64,000 nucleotides of DNA from Amphiscolops sp. MND2022 (Eukaryota): assembly GCA_964187785.1 (NCBI GenBank), contig OZ076416.1:38874001-38938000 (forward strand). The letters are read 5' to 3'. The notes beneath the pieces were generated by a model, which was not told the DNA's origin, ran no database searches, and saw only the letters and a list, made by a program, of their open reading frames with translations. Shown here in pieces: positions 49,600 through 60,140 of the stretch. The translations under genes were made by a program, and so were the position numbers. Each line of letters starts with the position of its first letter. Position 1 is the first letter of the stretch.

Positions 49600-49933
49600 A
49601 ATACAACTCAAATTCCTCTGGCGTCACCCGGAAACAAACACACTTCTTGAGATCCTCTCTATAGCCTGGAAAGAGAGCGCCCTCGCACTTCAGATTGAAC
49701 TCCACAGCCTCCGACCACATCAAACGGGACATTGGCTCATCCCTGTCGCCACAGACTCGACAGAAGCAGCAGATCTTGCGAAGGCGCTAACCGAATACAG
49801 GCAGATCGCTTACTTAGATCACGTTCACCCTCTGACCCTTCATCTCCTCAGCAAGTTAATCGATTTTCTCGACGCTCAGGGACGTAACAAACACTCTCCC
49901 AGTCTAAAATCAATCAGTGATAACTACAGCTGA
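49589..49933 (+). CDS. Small accessory ORF C (114 aa), unknown function
   Basis: ATGATG overlaps the last 11 nt of ORF B; similar motif pattern to ORF A. Confidence 0.65.
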   Translation: MMFKIQLKFLWRHPETNTLLEILSIAWKESALALQIELHSLRPHQTGHWLIPVATDSTEAADLAKALTEYRQIAYLDHVHPLTLHLLSKLIDFLDAQGRNKHSPSLKSISDNYS

Positions 49934-50158
49934 ACCTTCATAAATGGTTGAAGTTAGTTTCTTTTACTATTTTTCTTCGGGCACTCTTCCAATAGTAGTG
50001 AGGTTACTACTATAAAATTTTAACCTCCGCTTAGTGTCGTGCCAGCTAAGCTGCCGGTTTGATATTACGGCTTGCCTTTTTACGGCCTTACCGAGGATCC
50101 ACATATCTATAAAAAACATTTTTCCTGATTGATTGTCAAAGACTGAAGAATTTCAAAA

Positions 50159-52306
50159 ATGAAATTATTTTACTTACTCTTTTTATGCGCCCATTACGCG
50201 CCCGTTGTGATATTACAACGTCCAACGCCAAACCTCGCTAGCGTTGCTAAAAAACTGCGAGTAACTCATTTCGACTGCGGCGAAATGACCCAAAATAAAC
50301 TCTACGCATTGAATCAAGTTGAACAATGCAATGTGGCACCTGAAAACTTAGAGGTAAGTCGTGCGAGCGTAACGTTATACACTAAACATTTCCGCCGCAC
50401 TATCAACGCCACTATGTGCCGTGTGAAACATCAGAGTGAAGAATGGCATTGTGGTTATCACGACCACTCCAGTATGTCAATCCTACACGACAGAATCACC
50501 AGCGATCTTTCCCTGTCACCCGAAACCTGCAAGGCAATGGGTGAAGGCAAAGAAGTCATAATCCATGGACAACCCCTCAAATTTAAGAAAGGAGTGAAAC
50601 AAGTACAGACGAGAAACGCCAAATACGGAAAGAGTTGGGACGGTGTACGCGACCCAGATACCCGAAATGAATGCAAGACAGGTGGCTGGATCAAAAGAGA
50701 AACATTCGAATCTCACATCCAAGATGCTGAATTATCAGTAAAAACTCGAGATGGAAAAGTCCTGACTCCTTTTCAGATGGTCCTTCCCTGCCCCTTAGAA
50801 CAACTAGGTTGCGAAACGACGTCACTGGACCCATACGCCTACACATGGGCGGAGCCCGATAATTGCGTGCTTGCAGTACATAGGAAAGAAATCGTGAACA
50901 TGATCAAACACGGATCTAACTATTATATTGTAAGCGGCAACGACTCCACTACCAAATTTTTATTCGAAGTCTACAACAGACCACAAAAGTATTGCAACAA
51001 ACCAGACGATGTATACCCGACCAACTGCGAATCCCTGTACGTTTCAATCCAACTTGGTGGCTTCGACATGACGTCCGGCAGACGACTCGGCATCTCCATG
51101 GGAGAGACATCTAAACTACAATACTATTCACCCGAAGATGGTTCTGGTAATGGCCGACTCCACCTCTTTTGAGGCCCGAGCGACCCCAACCCTAATACAC
51201 CTCATTACCTCAACATGGATTACGAGTTACACCAAGGGACAAAGCTTGATTATCTCTTCTTTGAGAGCACTCGTCTCCTCGAAGCCTCAGAAATCCAACT
51301 CCTCAAAGCTCAATGTGAACAAGAACGAACTCAAATCCTCACTATCTTGATGTTATCAATGGAAAATCCTCGCCTCGCCGGATACATGCTCACGGGAAAT
51401 CGCTCTATGTTCCTGAACACAGATGGCAGCCTCGCTTGGCTCTACCACTGTCCGGAATCCCACTCACCTCTTCACACGATGAACCGATGCTACGACCGCA
51501 TACCCATCTTCTACAAAGGAGTGGTTGCCTTCGTGGACCCAATCACCCGACAGACCTATCCTAACGCGAACGCCCAAAATTGCAGCGATCGCATTAAGAA
51601 CCTCTTTCAATTGGATATGGAAGACAAAGACTCCTGGTTTACCCTCACTCCTTCACCCGAACATCGCGACCGACCTGCTATCTTCGGACCCAAAGACATA
51701 CAACCAATGATTACTAGATCCTTCCCTGGTTCACAAGACGCGGGAATGTACACGCCTAAACAACTCTCAGAATTTTGGGACAACATCCTCATCAGCGCAG
51801 CGTCTCGCAACGCCCTCCAGAAGTTCTCACGAGAGCTCATCACACCCTCAATGGCCCATAGTGGACCTGAATCATTCGCGTATTATGCACCCCGTACCGA
51901 TTTTTATGTTGACGGCATGATATCACCCGGTTACTTCAAAAATCAGTTCCTTGAAACATTCGGAAGTATATCTTACGTACTAGAACTTTGCGGCGCGTAT
52001 TTTGGCGCCTTTCTTTTCATTAAGTTCGTAATAGATATCACGGTACTCGTCTTCCGATACTTTGAACTTCGTCACCTTACAGGTAATACACTGAGCTTCA
52101 CTAAAACATTGCTCAGTGCTTCGTACAATCTTTTCTTTACCTCAGTTTTAACTTCTGTATTCACCCCGCGGGCCCCTTACGAGGATAGCGTTGAAGATAA
52201 AAACGCGAAAATTGAAGATAATGGAAAAGAAGTAGAACTCCAAGCACTGAAGAAAAAGGAAGAATCACTTTATCCCTCAGTACAGAGCTTCGTAGCTCCA
52301 ATATAA
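50159..52306 (+). CDS. env: Envelope-like glycoprotein resembling chuvirus/Monjiviricetes class III fusion proteins; one in-frame TGA at 51170-51172
   Basis: Signal peptide; cysteine pattern HFDC..LNQVEQC..ATMCRVK..WHCGYHDH..PETCKAM; N-glycosylation sequons NAT, NDS, NCS; C-terminal TM segment (~51975-52055). The two ORF-track segments are in the same frame, separated by one stop. Confidence 0.82.
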
Positions 52307-52352
52307 AGCCAAAAACATTTTCAAGTTCATTCATTTATTAGTTTACTTTTAG

Positions 52353-52934
52353 AATCTAGAACCACTATTCGACCTACCAAGCCTGGATGACGATACCCTG
52401 GATCCTATCCCAGAAAGTGACCTAGAAATCGAACCACTATCTCCTTCAGACTTTTTGACACCAGACTCGTCTACAACAATTACCTTTCTTCCAGACCCTC
52501 CTGACTCAACGGTCCCATCATCACCCTCAAAATCTCCAACTCCAACTTTCACACCTACGCCATCCGACCAACTCCCCTTTCCTTTGTCATTCACAGGAGA
52601 CATACCACCAATCCCGTCCGCACAACATCCTCCTAGATTTGGTGGAAAGGACATCAGAAGAAACACACCACAAAAACACTATTATGAATGGAACAACAAG
52701 ATAGCCGATGAAGCACCCTTACAGAAGCAACATAAAAGGGAATACTTCACTAGAAGAGCCAGATACGTTAAAAAACCTAGATTTAACGCGAACCTAAAGT
52801 ATTCTCTACTCCCACAGTTTTCAACCTGGAAAATCGTCTTTTGGGACAACAAAAGACAAGAATACACTATTGAGAACCCTGCACTGAAGGGACAGCGGCT
52901 GACAGTTCCCTTAAGATCCATATCTGCACAATGA
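52353..52934 (+). CDS. ATG-less ORF (193 codons; acidic and Pro/Ser/Thr-rich, then basic), probably a spliced exon
   Basis: The frame opens exactly after a polypyrimidine tract and TAG (tttacttttag, 52342-52352). No in-frame ATG; its TGA overlaps the next ATG (ATGA at 52931-52934). Confidence 0.55.
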   Translation, partial: NLEPLFDLPSLDDDTLDPIPESDLEIEPLSPSDFLTPDSSTTITFLPDPPDSTVPSSPSKSPTPTFTPTPSDQLPFPLSFTGDIPPIPSAQHPPRFGGKDIRRNTPQKHYYEWNNKIADEAPLQKQHKREYFTRRARYVKKPRFNANLKYSLLPQFSTWKIVFWDNKRQEYTIENPALKGQRLTVPLRSISAQ

Positions 52935-53863
52935 GCCAAAAATTAAACCCAAATGCCACCCCCTTCATCCCAAAACACAACCCCTACCTACCGAACCCTA
53001 ACCCCGACTGGCCACCCATGCCTGAAGAAAACGATCAAGAAGAACATGCAAACCTCGAAGGAGTGGAAAGACTAAATATGTGGATTAGTGAATGGGAGAA
53101 ATCAACTAGTACCTATAACCAGGGAACAAAAAGCACACCGCTTCGAAAGTCCTTCCCTTTAACGGACATTAATCAACCCCAAAAGAAGTTAGAAAACCGA
53201 ATCAAACTGCTATGTACCTCAATCGAAGAGGCACGAGATAAACGTCAACAATTGGAAGTCACTATCTTCGATTTGCTTGCGACAATCAAACACCAAAGCT
53301 CCCTCCTCAGCAGCCAGATTGAAGCGAACGGTAAAGATTTTATCACTTGGCAAGTTTCCGCCTTCTCCACACTTTACCGAAAAGCAAGGACCTCTCCAGA
53401 CGATCCGTTTCACAACATCAAAAACAGCTTCGCGAGCCCTATTTACCCAACATACCTATCAGGCTGCAAAATTTCCTTCAGAATATTCCCTTACGGGATA
53501 AACATCTTCCGTGGGACCCACTCTTCTATTAGCTGTGAACTTCATTATAGCGACTTCACTCACCCACAAACATGGCCCTTTGATAAAACAGTAGAAGTCG
53601 AAATCCTTGATCAGAAGGACGAAGGCAACAAGTGGTCCGCACTTTTCCCAATCAACCCCCACAACCACGAAGATACCCTTCACAATCTCTACACGCACCT
53701 GAACCTCCTCAAAGAAGACTTCATCCCTCATACGAAGTTACTTGTCAACTTCAGAGAAGCATTCCTAAACAATGACTCTATAATATTTAGAATCAAATTT
53801 AAAGAACCTTCCCCTAAGTCACTCGCGCTACATAACTCCCCCTCCTTTCAGTCTGACCCATAA
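52931..53863 (+). CDS. PAM2-motif + coiled-coil + TRAF-C/MATH domain protein (310 aa)
   Basis: N-terminal SQKLNPNATPFIP (PAM2-like) and heptads at ~53175-53325. TRAF-domain landmarks FITWQV, SFASP..SGCK, GTHSS, WPFDKTVEVEILDQ and NDSIIFRI at ~53330-53810. No RING or Zn fingers. Confidence 0.85.
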   Translation: MSQKLNPNATPFIPKHNPYLPNPNPDWPPMPEENDQEEHANLEGVERLNMWISEWEKSTSTYNQGTKSTPLRKSFPLTDINQPQKKLENRIKLLCTSIEEARDKRQQLEVTIFDLLATIKHQSSLLSSQIEANGKDFITWQVSAFSTLYRKARTSPDDPFHNIKNSFASPIYPTYLSGCKISFRIFPYGINIFRGTHSSISCELHYSDFTHPQTWPFDKTVEVEILDQKDEGNKWSALFPINPHNHEDTLHNLYTHLNLLKEDFIPHTKLLVNFREAFLNNDSIIFRIKFKEPSPKSLALHNSPSFQSDP

Positions 53864-53888
53864 CTCATTTATTTTCTTTCATCCTGCC

Positions 53889-53900
53889 AGGGGGGTGAGC
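53889..53900 (+). promoter_or_regulatory. Polypurine tract
   Basis: AGGGGGGTGAGC immediately before the 3' LTR. Confidence 0.75.
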
Positions 53901-55426
53901 TGTCGCGTTATGACTAACGCTTTAACAAACATAATTAGGTGCTAAAGTGCAGTCTATATTTAACTAACAAATACAGAAACAAACATGAACTAGAACTAAC
54001 GTTTGTTTATGGGGGAGAGAGTTGTAGATAAAGATGGCGGCCATAAGGCGGCGGCCATAACGTGGTAATAATGATGATGAAGTACTGTGACGAGAAAGGA
54101 ATTGCACAAGTGAAGAATTCTATATTATACCGCGTATATTTGAAATACGAAAACAGCTATGATTGGTGGCATGTAAACCATGCCTGCTACGCAGCACACG
54201 ATAAGAAATGCTTGGCTGTATATATATGGCCAACGCAGGCGAGGAGATTCATTCACTTATCGAAACGGACAGAGCTTAAACTTAATAGCTCTCGTTTCTC
54301 TTCACTTCTCTTCCACTTCTCTCCCCTCACCCCTGCTCTTCTATCTTACTTTACCCCCTTTCCTCTCCCTTTACTATTATCTTCCCCTTCAGACTTAGAA
54401 GGTCTATTTCTCGCCTTCACTTTCAATTCCGATTGCTATCTAACTCAACAAAACTTCTTGCTTAATAACTCAGATCCAATAATTCTCTTTTAATCATACC
54501 CTTGCATCTTAAAATATTTCTCCACTCATCCTTGATTTAACTTCAACTTCCAGAACCAATCTTCCCCTAAAAGAAATTTCTAACTTAGAAATTTCTCTTC
54601 AATTTCGTCTCCGGTTTGGTGAGTCTGACTATTTAGACCTTTCAGTAGAGATTTCACTCTCTCTGAGACTTTAACTTAGACTATTTTCCGCTGATTTAAA
54701 CTCGGCGGTTTCCAAAACCTTAACTTAGACTATTTTCCGCTGATTTCAATTCTGCGGTTGACCAAACTTTAGCTTAGACTATTCTTATTAGAACTAAAAT
54801 TCTATGAGGTTGAAGTTACATAAACTCACATAAGAAAAGAGATGATTGAAGTTTTAAAGTGTCATATTATGAAAAAGTCTTAATGCTATTCAACTTTCTA
54901 CTGAATAGAGACATCTAAATCAAAACTCTTCCGTTTAAAATAGTACGGATTTGTAAATTTTGTTTGAGAAAAAGATTTCCGAAGAAAAAGGGAAATTCTT
55001 ATTATTTGTAAATAGTTTCATTTTCTTAAATGATAAATTGTAAAAGTTATATTACTTCTTCTTGTAAAGTGAAGTTGTAATCTTTATTAATCTGAGATTT
55101 GTAACAATTGAAAGAAATATTGCTATGTCCAGAAATTGTTCACTTTCAATATTCTCAACTCATTCGTAATTAAACATATTTATTCACCATACATTTTCAG
55201 TAAACGGGAAGCTCATTTACAAACACCGCCTTGCGCGACTCACGCAATTTCTTTTGTTCGCACGTACACGCAAGGCACCCCTTTATCAGTAAGTTGCTAA
55301 TTTATTTGTTGGGACTTATACTTGTTAAATCAATAACAGAACCGTCGCGAGATAGTACCTTGTAAAATGCAAACAAGGACTTGACAGATTAAAACTAATA
55401 AACAAATTTCACCCATGCGTGCGACA
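53901..55426 (+). repeat. 3' LTR (1,526 bp)
   Basis: Same length and termini as the 5' LTR, followed by the ATAC TSD. Confidence 0.97.
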
Positions 55427-56330
55427 ATACAGATTTGAAGACAGTGTATTTTTCAATGATGGAAACAAATTAGGTCAAGTTGATAATCATCATTAGTGCC
55501 CAATCCTATTCTTGAAAGTTTTGTATCTATGTCAGGAATAAAGTAGTAGAATTTGATGGTGTTTCAGAAATTCTTTTGAGCGCCTTCACAGCTGAATTTT
55601 TTAACTTCAAATTGTCGTGGGCAACTTCTGTTTTTCTAAATCTATGTCAAAATATCAACATGTGAAAAAATCTGAAAAGGAAACCATAATATTGCATTAT
55701 CAAGATCCTAATTACCTATTTTCTTTTCCGCTGAAACGTAACACTGCAAGACTTACGTTTTTAGTCGGCGCTTTTAAAATAAAAGAGCCCGACTATTACA
55801 TTCGTTTTTTTGTTTTGCTTTAAGACAGTCTCGAATGCGACCAAATTTTCGTTCAACTAAACGAATACCCATGAAACGCATCTAAATTAGTGCAAAGCCT
55901 CCCACCTTTCATTTTTCACTTTTTAAACGTAACATACAAAACCAGACGAGACTGAAGGCCCCCTTCCAGTTTTTTTTGGCATTGCGACTTTTCGATTTTT
56001 TTTGTCTCCAAAGGGTCCCCTCGTAATGTCCGGAGTAAAGTGCTATATCCGAACTTATGACGTTATATCCGAACTATATTGCGTTTTATTAAGGACAAGC
56101 CTGAGGTTCGAAAACAGGAGTTTTTCACGAAAACGTCCTACGCATCTTTTGAAGACGGCGCTTTTGGAGCATTAGATTTAGCGCCGACTTGAGACGTTCC
56201 CGTCTTGTTAGATTGCGTGATATGACTTCTTTGATCATGCCCACTAATCACCGCTGAATTAGCAGCACAAGTGTAACAATGTTTTGAATGGGACTATCAA
56301 TGGGCCATCAATGTCTTTCTTCTAGATGTG

Positions 56331-56668
56331 ATGAAATGTGAATCTGATGGCGAAGACATTGTTATATACAGACAAATTGACGGGTTTATTGTCTGTGACA
56401 AATCCAGTTACACTCAATTGCGAGCGAAGCACAGAATAGTGCCCAAACTCGTGGGTCTACCGGATGTTGGGTCCCACAATGTGCAGGCAAACTCTACGGA
56501 GGCCGAGAACTTGCCTGCAATTCTCATGTCCGAACAGGCCAGGTATGTCTGTGAGAGAGGCATTGCGCAATGTTACGTAATGCCCGATGCTCTTGAGATG
56601 AAGTCACTTCTGGAACATTTGCCGAAGGACGAGGAAGCCGGCAGTGAAGCTGGAACGTCCGACACCAG
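56331..56668 (+). CDS. TSEN34: tRNA-splicing endonuclease subunit Sen34, coding exon 1
   Basis: LRAKHRIVPKLVG...LPAILMSEQARYVCERG matches the Sen34 N-terminal pattern. Donor AG|GTTAG, phase 2. An acceptor at 56325 suggests an upstream exon. Confidence 0.75.
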
Positions 56669-56764
56669 GTTAGAATTTTCGAGTTAGTTAGGTCGAGTTT
56701 TATTTCGACGAGGGTGGAATGAGTTGCGTCGAAGTATGATCGAATGCATTTGGGATTTATTTAA

Positions 56765-57190
56765 CCCTAAATGGACAAGGAGATTTCCGGATCCATCCAA
56801 ATATCTGCTGCTGAAACTTTAAACCGCAATATCTCCCTAAACTATGCAAGTCCGACAAACGAGTCATAGCGAAACAGGGCTCCTGACATCGAGCCGAAAC
56901 TTTGCACGCCTCGTGTCTCTGATTGCGTTTCAGCATGTTGCCAAACATGCTAGGGCCTCTTTGACCCAATCTTGAAACCAGTGGGATAAAGTGGCAACAA
57001 ACGGAAACAAAATCTGTGTTGATTTTTTGATTTTTGGGCCCTTTTTCTTAATTTCGGAGACATGTCAATATTCCGTGAAAAAGCGTGCAATGCTAAGTAA
57101 TGTCTGAAAATCCTATTCAAGAGTTTTTTCACCATACGGTCAGCTGGTGCGTTTAGAAGTTTGCAGAAACTAACCATGGTCCATTTAGGG
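56765..57190. mobile_element. piggyBac-like MITE (426 bp) in TSEN34 intron 1
   Basis: TTAA|CCCTAAATGGAC...GTCCATTTAGGG|TTAA: perfect 12-bp TIR starting CCC, with TTAA TSD (56761-56764, 57191-57194). Confidence 0.88.
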
Positions 57191-57216
57191 TTAATATGCC
57201 GTTTGTTTCAGTGTAG

Positions 57217-57521
57217 AAAAGCGCCATCTGGGAGTAAAAAACGAAAAAATGACATGAGCCAAATGACCCTGGAAGAAGTGGTTGCAAAATTGAAACGAGA
57301 TCATGATCGGAAGCGTCAGAGAATTCAGTCATCTTCTAAAACTACTGATTACTCGAAGAAGCGAAACGATAGTATTTCGAACATGAGTCACGAGCATTTT
57401 GTACAGATAGCTGAGAAAATCTTGGAAGAGCAGCGGAAGTATGTACCACCTCCAGAAATATATATTCGCACTGGGCCCAGGAAAGATTTGGCTAGGAAAA
57501 TGAGAAGCTACCAATTCGAAG
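57217..57521 (+). CDS. TSEN34: TSEN34 exon 2 (basic linker)
   Basis: The acceptor ttcagtgtag keeps phase 2 (RKAPSG...YQFE); the G|GTCAGT donor is phase 1 and matches exon 3. Confidence 0.65.
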
Positions 57522-58046
57522 GTCAGTTTGATTTCTAAAAAAGTATACAATATCAAACATCATCCGTATTGTCAGAAACAGAGGCTGCATCTTTAGGGAT
57601 GGGATGTGCGGAGTGACTTCCTATCAAGTGACTTCCTATGTATGGACTTTCAATTTTTTCCGCACTGAAGTTTAGGTGGTACCTTTTGCTCAATTTTTAG
57701 TCATGCAAAGTTATTGAATCATGTAAAGTTATCGAATATATAAATATTTGAAAATTTTAAATCACAAAGTTTGTGATCTAGTTTTTTCTTCAATTTTTCA
57801 TAAATTGCCAGGATAGAAAGAGCGATATCAATCGTTATACAAACGCGATCTGTGAAAATAACCGATAGCGATTTTCAAAATGAAGAAGACGCTAGCGAGT
57901 ACTGCTACGAACAGCAGGTTGAAGATATCTAAAAGTTTTTTTGGGAAATTCCCTAACAATTTTTTCTCTCTGAGGTTGTTAAAACTATTCAAACAAGCCG
58001 GGGACGGCTTAAGTCGGTGTCTCATCTAATGTTCAAAAAGCGTAAA

Positions 58047-58368
58047 GCGACAATTCGTCCCATATTCTAATAAGCGACAATTCGTCCCAAGCATCAATTC
58101 GTCCCATTTTGAAAACGCGACCATTCGTCCCCTTTTAACTAATAGGGTCTTTTTGGCAAACTGGATAATCTTTCAAATTCTTCAATTTTTCAAAACTAGT
58201 ACATTGAAAGGTTATTGATTAGCTGATCAATTAAAGAATTTAGGACCAATGGTCGCTTTTCACAATTGGGACGAATTGTCGCCTTTTCAAAATGGGACGA
58301 GCTGCCGCTTGGGACAATTTGTCGCCTTTTGGTATTTGGGACAAATTGTGGCTTGGGACGAATTGTCG
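58047..58368. mobile_element. Foldback element built from inverted 17-bp GCGACAATTCGTCCCAA units
   Basis: Forward units at 58047-58130 and inverted TTGGGACGAATTGTCGC units at 58266-58368. The core is related to 63391-63939. Confidence 0.7.
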
Positions 58369-59943
58369 TCCAACCTTCAAAAAGCGCTAATGACTCAGGA
58401 AAAGTCTTTTAAGGAAAAGCCTCATTTTGAGCCAGCAACCTTTTGGTACTATACAAATACTTTTGGATAGCAGTCAATTGTCAAGAAAACCGTTACATTG
58501 GTCTTCTTTCTTCTTCTTCATGTGCAAAAGCATTTTGCTTATAGTTTCAGTCATGCTCTCTGTTTTCGACTTTCATATGGAAAAGTGTAGTTCCGTCGGG
58601 ATGATTTAGTCTTTTGTGTTGATATCTTTTTACAGATCATTCAACTCATTTTGATTTCCATCTCTCCGTCTTCTGCCAAAAGTTGGAATGATTGTTGAAT
58701 AACTGAGCAGTCTGTAATTAGAAAAAATGTTTTTTTACTCGATGGCATTTCTTTTTCAAATTTGGTCCCCGGCCTGTGAATTGATAAATAGGATAGATTT
58801 TTGTCAATTCCGCCCAGTAATTAGCTGTCCTGTTTTAATTGCCTCATGTCAAACCAAGGCGCTTCAATTATTCAACTTATCCCAATCGAATCAACTTGTC
58901 AAGGTCACATTTGCACAAAAGTTCACAGTCTGGAAAGCTATTACTGTTGCTGAAATTGTATTTACTTTTAAGTTTTTTTCCAGAGTTTCCTCAAAATAGT
59001 ACAGTCAGTGGACGGCTGTAATTGAGTGACTGTTCGTTTTCCAGGGTCTAATTTCCTTCTCCAATGCGTGTACCAGGGAAAATACCTTTCAGTTTAGGTC
59101 ACATGCCTAAATATCACAGGTCATTTTGTAGTAATATCTTGTTTTTTTATATTTGGCTCGATGAAATTTAGACGAGGTTGTAATTGGTAGGCTAGTTGAG
59201 ACTGCTTTTTAAAATTTGGTCCTTTGTATTTTAAAGAATCTATCCGCTTTTTTAGAGCCCTGGTTTTTCCAGGTTTCAACTCCCAACGTTTATATCTAGA
59301 CGATTTAGACCCGTGATCAGTTAACCGATTAACCGGTTAATAAACATTTAATAAGTTGAAAGGAGTTTATCAGTTAGCGGGAATAACTGTGGAAAGTCGA
59401 AATTTAACCCCGCTGATTATTATGGATGCTCTCATCGCTTGAGAATAGGCCACGGAATTTTTGTTTTTTTTTTGTAAATTATATCAACTCGGACCTCTTT
59501 CAAAATGAATTTTCTACAGCATTGAGATCAGGGTTGGCAAAAAAGAAAAAGTGTGTTTTTTCTACAAAAAAAAACGTTTAAATCAGTGTTTTTTCTCCAT
59601 GAAAACAACATGAATACATGAATGAAAAATCCATTTTCATGAAATGAACATTAAATTATTTTTATTATTCAATCATTCAGGCAAAAGGCAAGTTTTGTAA
59701 CTTTTTCAGCCAAAAATCTTCCTCAGATCAGAATGCACAAAACTATGCAAATTGTGCAATTCTATCGAAGTCGGACCTTACAGGGTCGAGTTCTCTCCCC
59801 GTGTTTAAAACTGGGCCTTTTCAAAACATCTCAACTGAGATATCTTATCGGTTAACCGATTAAGGGTCTATTTTAACGAGTATTCGCCTAAGCGAAAATC
59901 TTAACCGGTCCAGGCACTAACTCGAACTCTTTTAATGCTTCAG

Positions 59944-60140
59944 ATCTCACTGACGAAATTTTACTCTGTCGCTACCACACCTTTTGTGACTTGCACGAAA
60001 GAGGGTTTTATCTGACGCCTGCTTGCAAGTTCGGGGGCGATTTTCTCGTCTATCACGGAGACCCTCTGCAGTACCATGCCTCGTTTGTTGCTGTTGCCAC
60101 CCCCGACGAAACAGTTAATCTCAATATTCTGCTTGCCCAG
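59944..60140 (+). CDS. TSEN34: TSEN34 exon 3 (catalytic domain)
   Basis: RYHTFCDLHERGFYLTPACKFGGDFLVYHGDPLQYHASF: Sen34-type KFGGDFLVY.GDP..H with the catalytic Tyr and His. Canonical AG/GT sites, phases consistent. Confidence 0.9.

Larger units (their letters stand above)
35690..55426 (+). mobile_element. Giant (19,737 bp) Ty3/Gypsy LTR retrotransposon with env-like and multiple accessory ORFs
   Basis: TGTCGCG...GCGACA termini on both LTRs. ATAC TSD at 35686-35689 and 55427-55430, confirmed by the empty site at 33639-33642. PBS and PPT present; Pol order PR-RT-RH-IN. Confidence 0.97.

Noticed and set aside
48983-53863. Bacterial operon or prophage, suggested by overlapping ORFs
   Set aside because: The ORFs lie between paired LTRs, include eukaryote-type signal peptide, TRAF and PAM2 features, and no phage hallmark genes are recognisable.
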